From Candidatus Woesearchaeota archaeon (GTDB lineage Archaea; Nanobdellota; Nanobdellia; Woesearchaeales; JABGUJ01), in contig JABGUJ010000001.1 in the NCBI GenBank assembly GCA_018646625.1, positions 379,534-443,533 on the forward strand: a stretch of DNA of 64,000 nucleotides, written 5' to 3'. Shown here in pieces: positions 1-11,277 of the stretch (positions are counted from its first letter, which is position 1; the number at the start of each line of letters is the position of its first letter). Below the pieces are notes generated by a model that worked only from the letters and a program-made list of their open reading frames with translations, had not been told where the DNA came from and searched no databases. Position numbers and translations under genes: made by a program.

Positions 1-35
1 TATAACAAAAAAGGCAGAGGCAAGCTGGAAGAAAT

Positions 36-3000
36 ATGAAGCAAGAACATAAGACGGTAACATTGGTGATCGGCTTAATGATAGTTGCGACTCTTGCATT
101 CAACCTATTCTTTGGCGGTTCAAACATCACAGGCAGATATGTACTTCAACCAGAAAGAGGAACGTTCCACTTAGATTATGATATCAAATTAGAACATGAT
201 TTCTATGATTATCCTGCAGATGGAATTTCTGCTGCGATTGTAATAAATGACAGCATAGAACTAGATTGTGATGAATCCGTTCTAAACGGAAACGGCCAAG
301 GAATTGGTATACTAGTAAATGCGCCAAATGTAATACTAAAAGATTGTGTAATTGATAACTACGCGTACGGAATTTACGTTAACACAACATCAAGGCCTGT
401 AATTATTGGTGGAGAAATAACCGGCAGCGATGAGAAAGACATATTTTACTTAGGTGAAGTTTCCGAGGGATTCTCAGCAGATAACTTTGATTCTGCATTA
501 TCAACCGATTTTGATAGAGAAGATTTAGAAGAAATAGAAGAACTTCAATTAGGAAAAATAAACAAAGGAAAGATTGTATTTGGAACCGCACAATCTGCTT
601 CGCTATACGGAACTAGTTCGGCAGAAACAATTGATGTATCCAACACAAACCTAGATGATGCAGTAACGATTGAACATAATTTAATTAGTGTAGATTCTGA
701 TAATTATCCGGAATTGGACGTACCTTCAACTTTAACATTCTTTGATCTAGATTACGACAACACTCCGATTATTTACAAAGACAACCAACCATGTGGCGAA
801 GAGTGTGAAATTCTAGAATATGCATATGGTGTGCTAGTATTCTATGTAGACCATTTCTCTAATTATACAACAGGAGCAAATGCAAACCTAACGACAGGGG
901 ATGATTCAGATTCACCTCCAAAATATATAAACCAAGACATAACCTTCTGGGCGATATATCAAAACGCATCCACCGGCCTCATACTAAACAGCTCAAATGC
1001 AAACGCAAGTTGTAATATCACATTTACAAATGGAACCACAAATAGCATGACATTTGTATCCGGAACAGGTTTCATGATATTGGCTAATATTACAACAGCA
1101 GGAACTAGCCATGTGAATATGAGTTGTAACGGAACAGGATATGAAACACTAAACTTAACAGAGTATTATACAGTAAACACACTAGGAAATGTAACTTATG
1201 ATGAATTTCCAATGACTACACCAGATTTATCTTCTTTAACAGGGGAGCAATTGGAAAACTACACAGGTGCAGAGATATCTAACAGTTACGGAAACATATG
1301 GTATGAAAACAGCGCAGTAAACTTTACAAACTTAAATTTGAACGATTTAATAGAGATATCGCAAAATTCAATATTTGTAAATGTAACTGCCGCACAAACA
1401 CTAAACAAATCTGCAAGACTATACATAGCAAATCTGACATTTAACCATACGCCGACCATATTTATGGATGGAGAAATATGTGCGCCCCCAGACTGTAATA
1501 TAACAACATACACTGCAGGAGATTTATATTTTTATATATCACACTTCACAACATACACAACAGGAATAGGTACAAATCTAACAGCATTCGATATAAGTGA
1601 CCCGGAAGGCGGCGCCATAAACAAACAAATAGAGCAGCAAGCAACATTCTTTGCTAACTACACAAACAGAACTAGCGGAGCAGCAATCACCGGGGCAGCC
1701 TGTACAATAAACTTCTCTGACAACTCAACCGAATTCAATGCAATGACCTATAATGTAACATCTGAATTATATGAATACAACAGAAGCTTCTCTACAGCAA
1801 CATCTTACACATATACAATAAATTGTACGAGCAACGATTTTGAGAACTTATCAGCATCCGACTCAATAACAATATCCTCAACCTTAAGCGCGCCCATACT
1901 TATGCAGTTGGCTCAAGTACAAATATCTTCACCAATACAAGTATATGGTTATACTAATGAAACTGGAGTTAATGTGACTGTTTTTGCACAACAACCAACA
2001 CAACCAATATACAGGAACTATACGGACGCCTTAAATGAGACAACATTTGGAGGTTCAGGACTAACAACGTCTGCAAACATATCTTCAAACATCATAAATT
2101 TAAATGCATATCCGGACCCAGACCATTATTTAGAATTCGCAGGGCACAATAGATCAACATTAAAATATTATGGCGTAGATTCAGTAAACGCATATCCAGG
2201 ATATTGGGAATTAACTCTTTCTGAAGAATTAGAACAAGCAGTAGAGAGTGGAGAAGTTGTAATAGGATATAATAGATCAACACCTAATGGATGGTTTAAC
2301 TTGTCACTCGACCTACACGGGGGAAGTAACTTAATATATGCAAGAACGAACGATAGCTTAGGAAATGAAGTACTATCTGAAACGCAAAACATAATATTAG
2401 ATCAAGACGCACCAACAATAGATGTATCAAACATTCCAAACAGAACAAAACTAGCAACCCCTACAGTGTCTTTCACAGTTTCCGATGATGGGGTAGTTAA
2501 CGCCTCTTCAGTTTACTTACATGTCTATAACACAACAGATAATATATCCGTTCACATAAATGATACTAATGGGGATTTAGACATTTTATCCTATTTTGAA
2601 GGTACAGGTTATAGTAATCCGAGCAACATAACTTGTTCAGGAAACAGAACAGATCAATCTTGCTCAGTAACTCTTAACCTGGCAGACGGATATTATAATT
2701 TAAGTATATATATTGCAGATACTGTACCTCGTACAAATTATACTGAAATATTCAACTTCCAAGTCTCGGCAAACTCAGGAAACATGAGCTACGTAGGATT
2801 TGAAAATTCATTAACAACCAACTTCTCACAACTATTCGAAGATGAACTAGCAAACATAACAAACGTAACAATTGGCTTACCAGGATACGGACTCATCAAC
2901 TACACAACAAATTATCTCAACTTAACAAACATAAACATATCTGATGTGGCGTTTATATCGGAAAATTCAATAAATGTAAGATCAACAACCAGCAACAAGC

Positions 3001-6000
3001 TAAATCATTCAGCTATATTGACATTATACAATCTCTCATTCCAAAGAACACCAATAGTGTTAATGGACGGACAATTCTGTAATGATCATTGCGATATAAT
3101 CTCATATACATCAAATAACTTAATGTTCAACGTATCTCACTTTACAACATACATTGCAGGCGTAAATAGCCAACTAACAGTATACGATGAAAACGACGCA
3201 GAAGGTGGAAGCCTAAACAGACAAGCGGGACAACAAACAAAGTTCTTTGCAAATTATTCTAACAGAACAAGCAATGTAAGCATAGCAACCGCATCTTGTA
3301 CAATAAACTTCTCAGATGCTTCATCAACATTCAACGCAATGACTTACAATGCAACATCTGAATTATATGAATACAATAGATCATTCGCAACGGCTGCAAT
3401 ATACACATACACAATAAATTGTACAGACGCAACATTTGAGCCACTGAACACATCAGACTCAATAGAGATATACACAGGACTAAGCACGCCGTTCATAATT
3501 ACACAACCAACACTCGTAACAAACTCAACACTAACGGTTTATGGTTACACCAATGAAACTGGTGTCAATCTAAGTATTTACACGATGGCTGATGAAGTAA
3601 CTTATAGACTGAACTCTACAACAAGCCTTTCAAGCACAGGCGTTCTGCAATCTACAACATTAAATAGATCTAACATAACCTCTTCTCAAATTGTTGTTGA
3701 AGATGATTTATCAGCACATGTGCACGAATACATGGCATTCAGAGATCACGATAGAGCAAACTTACAATATTATGAAATAACAGGAGTAACTCAGTACGGC
3801 CTACCTTCGAACGGATTATATAATGTATCTCTATCTCCAGAATTAGAAGAAGAAGTATCTATCGATCCAATAACGCAAGGAGTTCTTTATGTATTAAACA
3901 ACTCAGGACCTCCGGGTTGGTTCAATGTTTCAATAGAGCTGTATAATGGAACAAATACTTTATTCGCAAGAACAACAAGATTAGTTGGAGATGATTATGC
4001 AGATTCTGCAGAACAAATAATATATTTAGATTACCAAAGCCCAACGATTAGCATAAACATGTTAGAACAATATATAACATATGAACCAAATATAACAATA
4101 AAGATCTCGGACGACGGAGAACTTAATATGACGCAGATGGTTGTAGTAATTACAACAGGAGGTGTGAATCACTCTGCACACTTCACAAACAACACAACTC
4201 TTAACCGAACAGATTACGAAGATGCAGGATATAATACCTCGACAAGCAACATAACGTGCTCAGGAAATGAAACAAACCAATCATGTTACGTTTCACTCAA
4301 TTTGTTTGAAGATGGGGGTTATAATGTCATAGCGGTGGCGGGAGACACCGCGGGATCGTATAGTTTCCTAGGAGACAGCACAATAATATCGTATGTAGAC
4401 CCATCTACATTCGGAGTGTGGGACACCCAATGTAACGAATCCGGATGGTGCGAAGAAGATGAGTTTAACGCAGAGGGACTATTCTTCAACTGGTCTATTG
4501 GAAATCCGTATGCATTATCGAACTACTCATACACTTTAGGTAGTGCGCCACACCCACAATATGGATATAACGCATATGTTGAATGGACGAACTTGACGGT
4601 GAACAAAACTTTGTTTGTATTTACACAGAACACAACACTAACTAACTTTACTAGAACACCAATGGGTGTATATTATTTATCCATTAAAGGGGTAAACAAT
4701 TCAGGACACGATATAACTAACACTTACTCCAGCAACGGTATTATTTTCATAGATTTAACTCCTCCAACATGCGCAGGAGGAACCCCTTGTGTATATGATT
4801 CGGGAGAATACGCGGGAGGATTCGAATCCGATAACGGCATCTTAGATGCATACTGGACCTTTGAGGACAACGAATCAGGAATACTAAATTATAATTATGC
4901 ATTAGGTACTACTACGTACCCATTACCTGGATATAACAGCTTAGCGTTTGGATTACAAACCGATACAAATGTAACTGAATATAATTTAACTGTTGTAAAC
5001 AATCAAACATATTATTGGAGTGTACGGGCCAAGAATTATCAAAACTTAGAAAGCGATTGGATGAGTTCTGATGGAATCGTAGTAGATACAGTTCCACCTT
5101 ATGGGGGATGGATTAATTACACAACAGGCACTCACAGTTCAACCAACATTTCTTTAGACATCTTTAGCGGTACTGATCAAATAAGTGGAATAAACAACAC
5201 AAGATTAGATGCGAGAAGATATCAATTAAATGATGGAGAGTGCCAATCCGCAATACTGCTTACAGGTATAGCAACACCATCAATTGCAACCAGAGAATAC
5301 ATAGTAAACGTAAATGATGGATTTTGTTATGAATTCTCCTACAGAGTATATGATGCTGCAGGAAATTATAGAGATTACGAACTAGCATCTCCAGTAAAAT
5401 ATGCTAAAGTAGATAGTACGCCACCTTCAAGTGTAGTTGTAAGCGACATAAACTATCCTGCAACAACAAATCCGACAGGATATTACACAGATATGGGTAC
5501 ACAACTGTTCGCCAATTGGACTGCGGCAGAAGATTTAGATACGCAAGTCTTCGCATATCAATATATAATAACAGAAGGGGGGCCTTTAGGAGCTCATGAC
5601 TCGGTCATAACACCTTTAGTAACTGTTAATGCAACACAAAGAAGCGTAACACACACAGGATTATTACTTGATGATGGAACTTGGTATTATATTAACGTTA
5701 GAGCTGTGAATGGCGCAGGAAGAACTGGTGAATTCAACTCATCCGATGGTATTTATTATGTGGATGGTAGCATACCAACTGTTTCAATATACAGCTTTGA
5801 TAATGATACTAATCTAAGTAATGGATACCTCGATTCAGTAAATGATAACATAACAAACATCACAGTATATGCAAATGAAGTGATAGAATGTCTCTGGAGT
5901 CAATATGATATTGACTACGACGAAGATTTCGGAACACCTTGTGAAAATACATTTGCAGGAAATTTCTACAATGTATCTACAAACATAACCGTAGTCAACA

Positions 6001-9000
6001 CAACAGCAGATCCGGACACATATTATGATATCACAATAAATGTGACTAACTACAATGCAACACCAGTATCGGTATGTAATATCTCTCTAACAGAACAAGG
6101 TAACTACACTAGATACATCGTATGTAGGGATAGCAGAGGTAACGAACAACTAATGGAACAAAACTTAGGAGTTTCATTCACAGTAGATTGGCCTGAACCT
6201 CCGACAATATACTCGTTAAATTTCACCCCCGCAACAATATTCACCAATTCAACAGTCACATGTAACGGAACTTCTGGAGATAACGACGGGAACAGCACAA
6301 TAGCGTTAAAGACTATAACACTACAAATAAATGGCACAGATCCCCACTACAGCATAAATAGCGCAGCATTATCACTAGACCTGTCAGAAGAAGGACATGG
6401 AAACAGAGGGGATAACATAACTTGTATCTTTGATGTAACAGATCAAACTAACAGGACCACGACACAAAACATTACAATAAACATATCAAACATAAATCCT
6501 AATCCATTCATAATTTTATCACCTAATACGACATATGTTAACACAGAATACAATTTCACGTGGAATGCGACATCTGATCTGGATAATGATGGTATAGATT
6601 ATTTTATATGGATTTCAAATGCTTCATCGAGCTTCTTTGCAGAAAACCTTTCACTAGTCAATCATTCAACAAATGAGACGTTTGCAGGTCTAAATAACAC
6701 AGTAGGAAACCTATCAAATCTGCCAGAACAAACAGTATATTGGTACATAACTGCGTGCGATAACTCTTCACAACCATTTAATTGTACAAACTCAACAAAT
6801 GTATTGAACTTTACAATAGATCGAACAGGGCCAACAATAAATATAACAAATCCCCAAGTAAACGAGACTCTTGGTGGTTTGATTTACATAAGGGCTGCAA
6901 TAGAGGATACAAATACTGCAATAAACAATGCCACATACCAAATAGTAAACGCATCTAATCATTCAATAGTATTCACTTCAGGAACCTTAACAGAAAGTTC
7001 AGGATACTATATATATTCTTTAACCAACACATCAAATATAACAGAGGGCTTAGTTGCGGTAGTAATTAATTCTTCAGATGCGTTGGGCAATACTAATTCC
7101 GAATATAGAAACTTTACACTGAACAATTCACAAGCAACTACCACAATCATCAATCCTAATTATGGATCAAACTTCTTTAATAGTAATTTCTTCATGAACT
7201 TAACAGCCACAGCATTAGTAAACATGAGTTACACGATCACCAACAGTCTTGGTGCAATTGTGCAACAAAACACATCAAATTACTCGGCATTAGAAGCAAT
7301 AGAATCATTCTACGAACTCGTTAACGTCTCTGAACTGGGCGAAGGAGTGTTCACAATAAATTTCACAGCTTCAAGCTATGTATCGAACGACACAGAAACG
7401 ATGCCATTCTATATAGATTTAACACCTCCACAATACTCTAGTCAAACTTACACACCTGCGGCAATATATGATGATACAAATGTAACATTATACATTAATT
7501 GGTCAAATGATTTCATTACAGATGCGGGATTAAACAGATACGAACTTGAAACAATAATCATATCGCATAATGCGTCTGGAAGTTGGGCAAACACAACAGT
7601 ATACTCATCAAACGAACAATTCAGTTTAACAATAACAGATACCGCATTATCAAACGGAGAAGTAGTTGGTTGGAGATCTTATGCGACAGATTTCTCAAAC
7701 AACACAAATGTGTCCGAACTACAATCATTCACTGTACAAAACAGACCACCTGTATTCTCAGGGGCAGATGAAACTGCACTATTGACAACAAACACGCTTG
7801 GTTCAGATATTTATGAGAATTTAATTGTATACAGCGCATTAAACGTAACAACTAATACATATGACATCTTTATGTTCAATATATCTAATAACGAAACAAC
7901 GCTGGTCCACAACTCATCAAACGATCTGATTTCCCCTAAGATTTCATTCAACCTAATAACGTACTATGATCTAAATGAGAGCGATGTGTACTTGTACTAC
8001 ATATCAAATGAATCCAGAACAACGATTTCGGAACAAGGCACACATCCTGATACGTTCCTCAACAAAGTCGTATTTGTAGGATTAAATAACATATCTATTT
8101 TCCAAACATCAACAGAAAATGTCACAACACTGATTAATTTGTCATCTGATACACACATAGAGAGCTTATCCGTATCTGGTGATTACTTTACATATTCCGA
8201 AATAAACTCATCAAACTCTTCGGATAGCTATGACGCATACCTATTTGAGATACCTTCCTTAACTACAACAGCAATAGCGACATCAATTGCAAACGAAACA
8301 CAAACATCACTATCTAGCACAGATGCGTCTTATCTGTTTGATAATGGATCCATCTCCAGGATATACTACTATAATTTATCAAGTTCATCCTCAACACTGG
8401 TTGATGAACACACACACGATACGCAAAGAGTTCTAGATTTTCCTCTAACAGAAAACGGATTAATAATGTGGAGAACCTATAACTCCACAACAAACTACAC
8501 AACATATTATTACAACATCTCAACTAAAGTATTCTACAAATTAACTGATGCAGGAGACAGCAAAAGACCTAGAGGCTTTAATGGACAATATTTCTTACTA
8601 GAGGGATCATTAGATTATGTAGACAAGAACTCAGTTGTAAAAGAAATATCCATACCTGAAGATCAAACATTCACAATAAACATATCCGGAATGTTTACAG
8701 AACAAGATGACGACAATTTGGCTTATTCTGTTCTAAAAATGCCCCGGGGCACAATACTATACGATGGCTTAGACAACTCAACCACTCTACAGTTATTCAA
8801 CGGTACAATCTCTTATAACTCATCAGAATATTCAATAATAAACAACACAGCATATGCGGCAGGGCAATTTGGAAATGCACTACTTGTAGAAGGGCCAACA
8901 ACAAATCTACTATCTAATCCAAGCTTTGAAACCGGAACTACAGATCCAACAAGCTGGACAAAATCCGCAGCACCTACATACGTCACGGGAGAGAGTTCAA

Positions 9001-11276
9001 CAGCTAAAGATACAAATGATTCTATACGAGTCAACACAGTGAATTATTATGCGCAAACAATCACAGTGGCAGGAGAAACAACATACACACTTAGCGAATA
9101 TATATTGCTTAACTCATCCAGCAGTGGAAGAGCGCTAATACAAGTTATTTGGTACAATGATGACGCATTTATTTCAACCAATTATAGGTCCAACTGTGCT
9201 GTAATTGATGGAGAAGAATGCCCGCTAATAACCGATACTCAGAACTACACCAGACACCATGTAACAGTAACATCGCCTTCAAATGCAAATAGTGCCAAGA
9301 TTATACTTACTTCACTAAACAACACATACATTAAAGCTGATGCTGTACAATTTGAAGAAAAGTCATACCCTACAACATATACTGAATCTACTAGAGGCGC
9401 CGTAAATATCTCTTACCCTATGCCTTCTGATTACGACGAAGAACGGGGAACAGTACAATTTTGGTTTAAACTTGTTTCAAATCTAACCTCCGGATCATCA
9501 AACACTTTGTTTGATCTTTCAAACGAAGATCAATACATCAAAGTAGACAGACAAGATTCAACAATATCCATCATAGTAAAAGATGATGAATCAACAAACA
9601 TGTTGTCTACAGGAATAGGTGTTCTCAACACAGAACTATTCAATCTATTAACATTAACATGGCAACCGAATAATATCAGTTTGTATTACAATGGTACACT
9701 GATGAACACCACCTCAGTAAATGTTTCGCCAGAGAGCTCAAGGATCTTGCTAGGAAGCGACAGAGATTATCTAACATATGCAGGAGCATACTTTGATGAC
9801 TTAGCAATCTTTGACTACGCATTAACGCCAAATGAAGTCTCTACCTATTACAACAACGGAAAAAGCAACTACTCATTAAACAGCAACATGTCGATTAACA
9901 TATCAACAAACCAAACATCTGGTTTAGTTACAGTATCTGCAACAGAAAACCACATTGGAAGTGCCAACGCAAGATTTGTAGCTTCCGACGGAACGGTATC
10001 CGCGACCTCTGAAACCATTACATTCACCTATTATGATCTAAATGATGCGCCCATCATTAACTTTAGTTCATTAATTATAAACGTGCTTGAGGATAGTTCA
10101 AACACTTCAACAAATTTGAGTAGTTACGTATCAGATCCAGAATCAAGTGATGATGATCTGAACTGGCTATGTACGGTAAACAATACGAATATAACAATCG
10201 CCGCGAGCAACGCAACAAAGATGCTGTCCGTGACATCCGGATACAACTTTAATGGATTTGCCAACATAACTTGTACTGTATTTGATCCGCTAGCAGAAAC
10301 CGACACAGGGAATATATTAGTAAATGTAACGGCCGTAAACGACGATCCGGTACTTAATTTAAGCTCTAGTGGTCTAAATAACACAGAAATAAATGCAAAC
10401 GCTTCTACGCTAATTAATCTAAGTCTATATGTTGTAGATGTTGAAGACACAGCGGCAAACATCAATTGGACCTGTACGGCAAACACATCTAATGTAACAG
10501 CAAGCGCGAGCAACACCACTAAGATACTAAACATAACAGGATACAACGATTACACAGGCTACGCCACAATAAATTGTACTGCACATGATACCGATGCAAG
10601 CACGGTAGAACAATCATTCCAGGTTTCTTTTGTGCCGCCTGTAGATCTATCGGGACCTGTGATTACATTCAACAATCCAACAAACAACTCCGCAACAAAC
10701 ACCACACCATTAACGATAAACATATCTACGGACGAGCAAGCAAACTGTACAATGTACTTGAATAGTACAGATACGACATACAACCTAACCTCTGCTGATA
10801 ACTTAACCCATACTTATACTAGCGTAACAAGAAGCACAGATGACGAATACCACACAATAAACATCTCATGTATTGATCACGCTGAGAACAACAACACAGC
10901 AAATAGCTCAATTTCATTCAGGATGATGGTTGATTATATAATTGTACACTACTTTAACTCAACCCCTACATTGCTGGCCAATAGTTCAAACATAACATTA
11001 AATGCAACACTAACTAGCAACAACAATCTATCAACAACATATGCGACAGTAGATTTCCCTAGCGGATTCTCCCAGAATGTGACCCTAAACACACCAGATC
11101 TAACAAACATAATTGCACAATCAAACAACACAATCACAATTTTCACAAACACAACCGAAATTGGAAGACACAACGTTACGTTATATGTGAACGACACACA
11201 AAGCAACACAACAACAGCAACTGCCCACTTTACAACATTCAACGCAATAACACAAGTGGTGAACATACTAAACTAA
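36..11276 (+). CDS. Giant (3746 aa) multidomain cell-surface glycoprotein/adhesin: parallel beta-helix-like N-terminus, Ig/FN3-like domains, TolB-like propeller region, CBM-like and LamG-like domains, cadherin/Big-like repeats
   Basis: Uninterrupted ORF; N-terminal hydrophobic helix; very dense N-x-S/T sequons; 'LDCDESVLNGNGQGIGILV' (beta-helix-like), 'WYYINVRAVNGAG' (FN3-like), 'NLLSNPSFETG' (CBM-like), 'GTVQFWFK...FDDLAIFDYALTPNEV' (LamG-like), 'VTAVNDDPV' (cadherin-like). Confidence 0.85.
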   Translation: MKQEHKTVTLVIGLMIVATLAFNLFFGGSNITGRYVLQPERGTFHLDYDIKLEHDFYDYPADGISAAIVINDSIELDCDESVLNGNGQGIGILVNAPNVILKDCVIDNYAYGIYVNTTSRPVIIGGEITGSDEKDIFYLGEVSEGFSADNFDSALSTDFDREDLEEIEELQLGKINKGKIVFGTAQSASLYGTSSAETIDVSNTNLDDAVTIEHNLISVDSDNYPELDVPSTLTFFDLDYDNTPIIYKDNQPCGEECEILEYAYGVLVFYVDHFSNYTTGANANLTTGDDSDSPPKYINQDITFWAIYQNASTGLILNSSNANASCNITFTNGTTNSMTFVSGTGFMILANITTAGTSHVNMSCNGTGYETLNLTEYYTVNTLGNVTYDEFPMTTPDLSSLTGEQLENYTGAEISNSYGNIWYENSAVNFTNLNLNDLIEISQNSIFVNVTAAQTLNKSARLYIANLTFNHTPTIFMDGEICAPPDCNITTYTAGDLYFYISHFTTYTTGIGTNLTAFDISDPEGGAINKQIEQQATFFANYTNRTSGAAITGAACTINFSDNSTEFNAMTYNVTSELYEYNRSFSTATSYTYTINCTSNDFENLSASDSITISSTLSAPILMQLAQVQISSPIQVYGYTNETGVNVTVFAQQPTQPIYRNYTDALNETTFGGSGLTTSANISSNIINLNAYPDPDHYLEFAGHNRSTLKYYGVDSVNAYPGYWELTLSEELEQAVESGEVVIGYNRSTPNGWFNLSLDLHGGSNLIYARTNDSLGNEVLSETQNIILDQDAPTIDVSNIPNRTKLATPTVSFTVSDDGVVNASSVYLHVYNTTDNISVHINDTNGDLDILSYFEGTGYSNPSNITCSGNRTDQSCSVTLNLADGYYNLSIYIADTVPRTNYTEIFNFQVSANSGNMSYVGFENSLTTNFSQLFEDELANITNVTIGLPGYGLINYTTNYLNLTNINISDVAFISENSINVRSTTSNKLNHSAILTLYNLSFQRTPIVLMDGQFCNDHCDIISYTSNNLMFNVSHFTTYIAGVNSQLTVYDENDAEGGSLNRQAGQQTKFFANYSNRTSNVSIATASCTINFSDASSTFNAMTYNATSELYEYNRSFATAAIYTYTINCTDATFEPLNTSDSIEIYTGLSTPFIITQPTLVTNSTLTVYGYTNETGVNLSIYTMADEVTYRLNSTTSLSSTGVLQSTTLNRSNITSSQIVVEDDLSAHVHEYMAFRDHDRANLQYYEITGVTQYGLPSNGLYNVSLSPELEEEVSIDPITQGVLYVLNNSGPPGWFNVSIELYNGTNTLFARTTRLVGDDYADSAEQIIYLDYQSPTISINMLEQYITYEPNITIKISDDGELNMTQMVVVITTGGVNHSAHFTNNTTLNRTDYEDAGYNTSTSNITCSGNETNQSCYVSLNLFEDGGYNVIAVAGDTAGSYSFLGDSTIISYVDPSTFGVWDTQCNESGWCEEDEFNAEGLFFNWSIGNPYALSNYSYTLGSAPHPQYGYNAYVEWTNLTVNKTLFVFTQNTTLTNFTRTPMGVYYLSIKGVNNSGHDITNTYSSNGIIFIDLTPPTCAGGTPCVYDSGEYAGGFESDNGILDAYWTFEDNESGILNYNYALGTTTYPLPGYNSLAFGLQTDTNVTEYNLTVVNNQTYYWSVRAKNYQNLESDWMSSDGIVVDTVPPYGGWINYTTGTHSSTNISLDIFSGTDQISGINNTRLDARRYQLNDGECQSAILLTGIATPSIATREYIVNVNDGFCYEFSYRVYDAAGNYRDYELASPVKYAKVDSTPPSSVVVSDINYPATTNPTGYYTDMGTQLFANWTAAEDLDTQVFAYQYIITEGGPLGAHDSVITPLVTVNATQRSVTHTGLLLDDGTWYYINVRAVNGAGRTGEFNSSDGIYYVDGSIPTVSIYSFDNDTNLSNGYLDSVNDNITNITVYANEVIECLWSQYDIDYDEDFGTPCENTFAGNFYNVSTNITVVNTTADPDTYYDITINVTNYNATPVSVCNISLTEQGNYTRYIVCRDSRGNEQLMEQNLGVSFTVDWPEPPTIYSLNFTPATIFTNSTVTCNGTSGDNDGNSTIALKTITLQINGTDPHYSINSAALSLDLSEEGHGNRGDNITCIFDVTDQTNRTTTQNITINISNINPNPFIILSPNTTYVNTEYNFTWNATSDLDNDGIDYFIWISNASSSFFAENLSLVNHSTNETFAGLNNTVGNLSNLPEQTVYWYITACDNSSQPFNCTNSTNVLNFTIDRTGPTINITNPQVNETLGGLIYIRAAIEDTNTAINNATYQIVNASNHSIVFTSGTLTESSGYYIYSLTNTSNITEGLVAVVINSSDALGNTNSEYRNFTLNNSQATTTIINPNYGSNFFNSNFFMNLTATALVNMSYTITNSLGAIVQQNTSNYSALEAIESFYELVNVSELGEGVFTINFTASSYVSNDTETMPFYIDLTPPQYSSQTYTPAAIYDDTNVTLYINWSNDFITDAGLNRYELETIIISHNASGSWANTTVYSSNEQFSLTITDTALSNGEVVGWRSYATDFSNNTNVSELQSFTVQNRPPVFSGADETALLTTNTLGSDIYENLIVYSALNVTTNTYDIFMFNISNNETTLVHNSSNDLISPKISFNLITYYDLNESDVYLYYISNESRTTISEQGTHPDTFLNKVVFVGLNNISIFQTSTENVTTLINLSSDTHIESLSVSGDYFTYSEINSSNSSDSYDAYLFEIPSLTTTAIATSIANETQTSLSSTDASYLFDNGSISRIYYYNLSSSSSTLVDEHTHDTQRVLDFPLTENGLIMWRTYNSTTNYTTYYYNISTKVFYKLTDAGDSKRPRGFNGQYFLLEGSLDYVDKNSVVKEISIPEDQTFTINISGMFTEQDDDNLAYSVLKMPRGTILYDGLDNSTTLQLFNGTISYNSSEYSIINNTAYAAGQFGNALLVEGPTTNLLSNPSFETGTTDPTSWTKSAAPTYVTGESSTAKDTNDSIRVNTVNYYAQTITVAGETTYTLSEYILLNSSSSGRALIQVIWYNDDAFISTNYRSNCAVIDGEECPLITDTQNYTRHHVTVTSPSNANSAKIILTSLNNTYIKADAVQFEEKSYPTTYTESTRGAVNISYPMPSDYDEERGTVQFWFKLVSNLTSGSSNTLFDLSNEDQYIKVDRQDSTISIIVKDDESTNMLSTGIGVLNTELFNLLTLTWQPNNISLYYNGTLMNTTSVNVSPESSRILLGSDRDYLTYAGAYFDDLAIFDYALTPNEVSTYYNNGKSNYSLNSNMSINISTNQTSGLVTVSATENHIGSANARFVASDGTVSATSETITFTYYDLNDAPIINFSSLIINVLEDSSNTSTNLSSYVSDPESSDDDLNWLCTVNNTNITIAASNATKMLSVTSGYNFNGFANITCTVFDPLAETDTGNILVNVTAVNDDPVLNLSSSGLNNTEINANASTLINLSLYVVDVEDTAANINWTCTANTSNVTASASNTTKILNITGYNDYTGYATINCTAHDTDASTVEQSFQVSFVPPVDLSGPVITFNNPTNNSATNTTPLTINISTDEQANCTMYLNSTDTTYNLTSADNLTHTYTSVTRSTDDEYHTINISCIDHAENNNTANSSISFRMMVDYIIVHYFNSTPTLLANSSNITLNATLTSNNNLSTTYATVDFPSGFSQNVTLNTPDLTNIIAQSNNTITIFTNTTEIGRHNVTLYVNDTQSNTTTATAHFTTFNAITQVVNILN
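1290..4390 (+). repeat. Internal tandem duplication (~532-aa / 1596-nt offset) within the giant surface protein; boundaries approximate
   Basis: FFANYTNRTS..CTINFSD..FNAMTYNVTSELYEYNRSF (from ~1647) vs FFANYSNRTS..CTINFSD..FNAMTYNATSELYEYNRSF (from ~3243); VYGYTNETGVN, GWFNxS and SNITCSGNxTxQSC each occur twice. Confidence 0.85.
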
Positions 11277-11277
11277 A

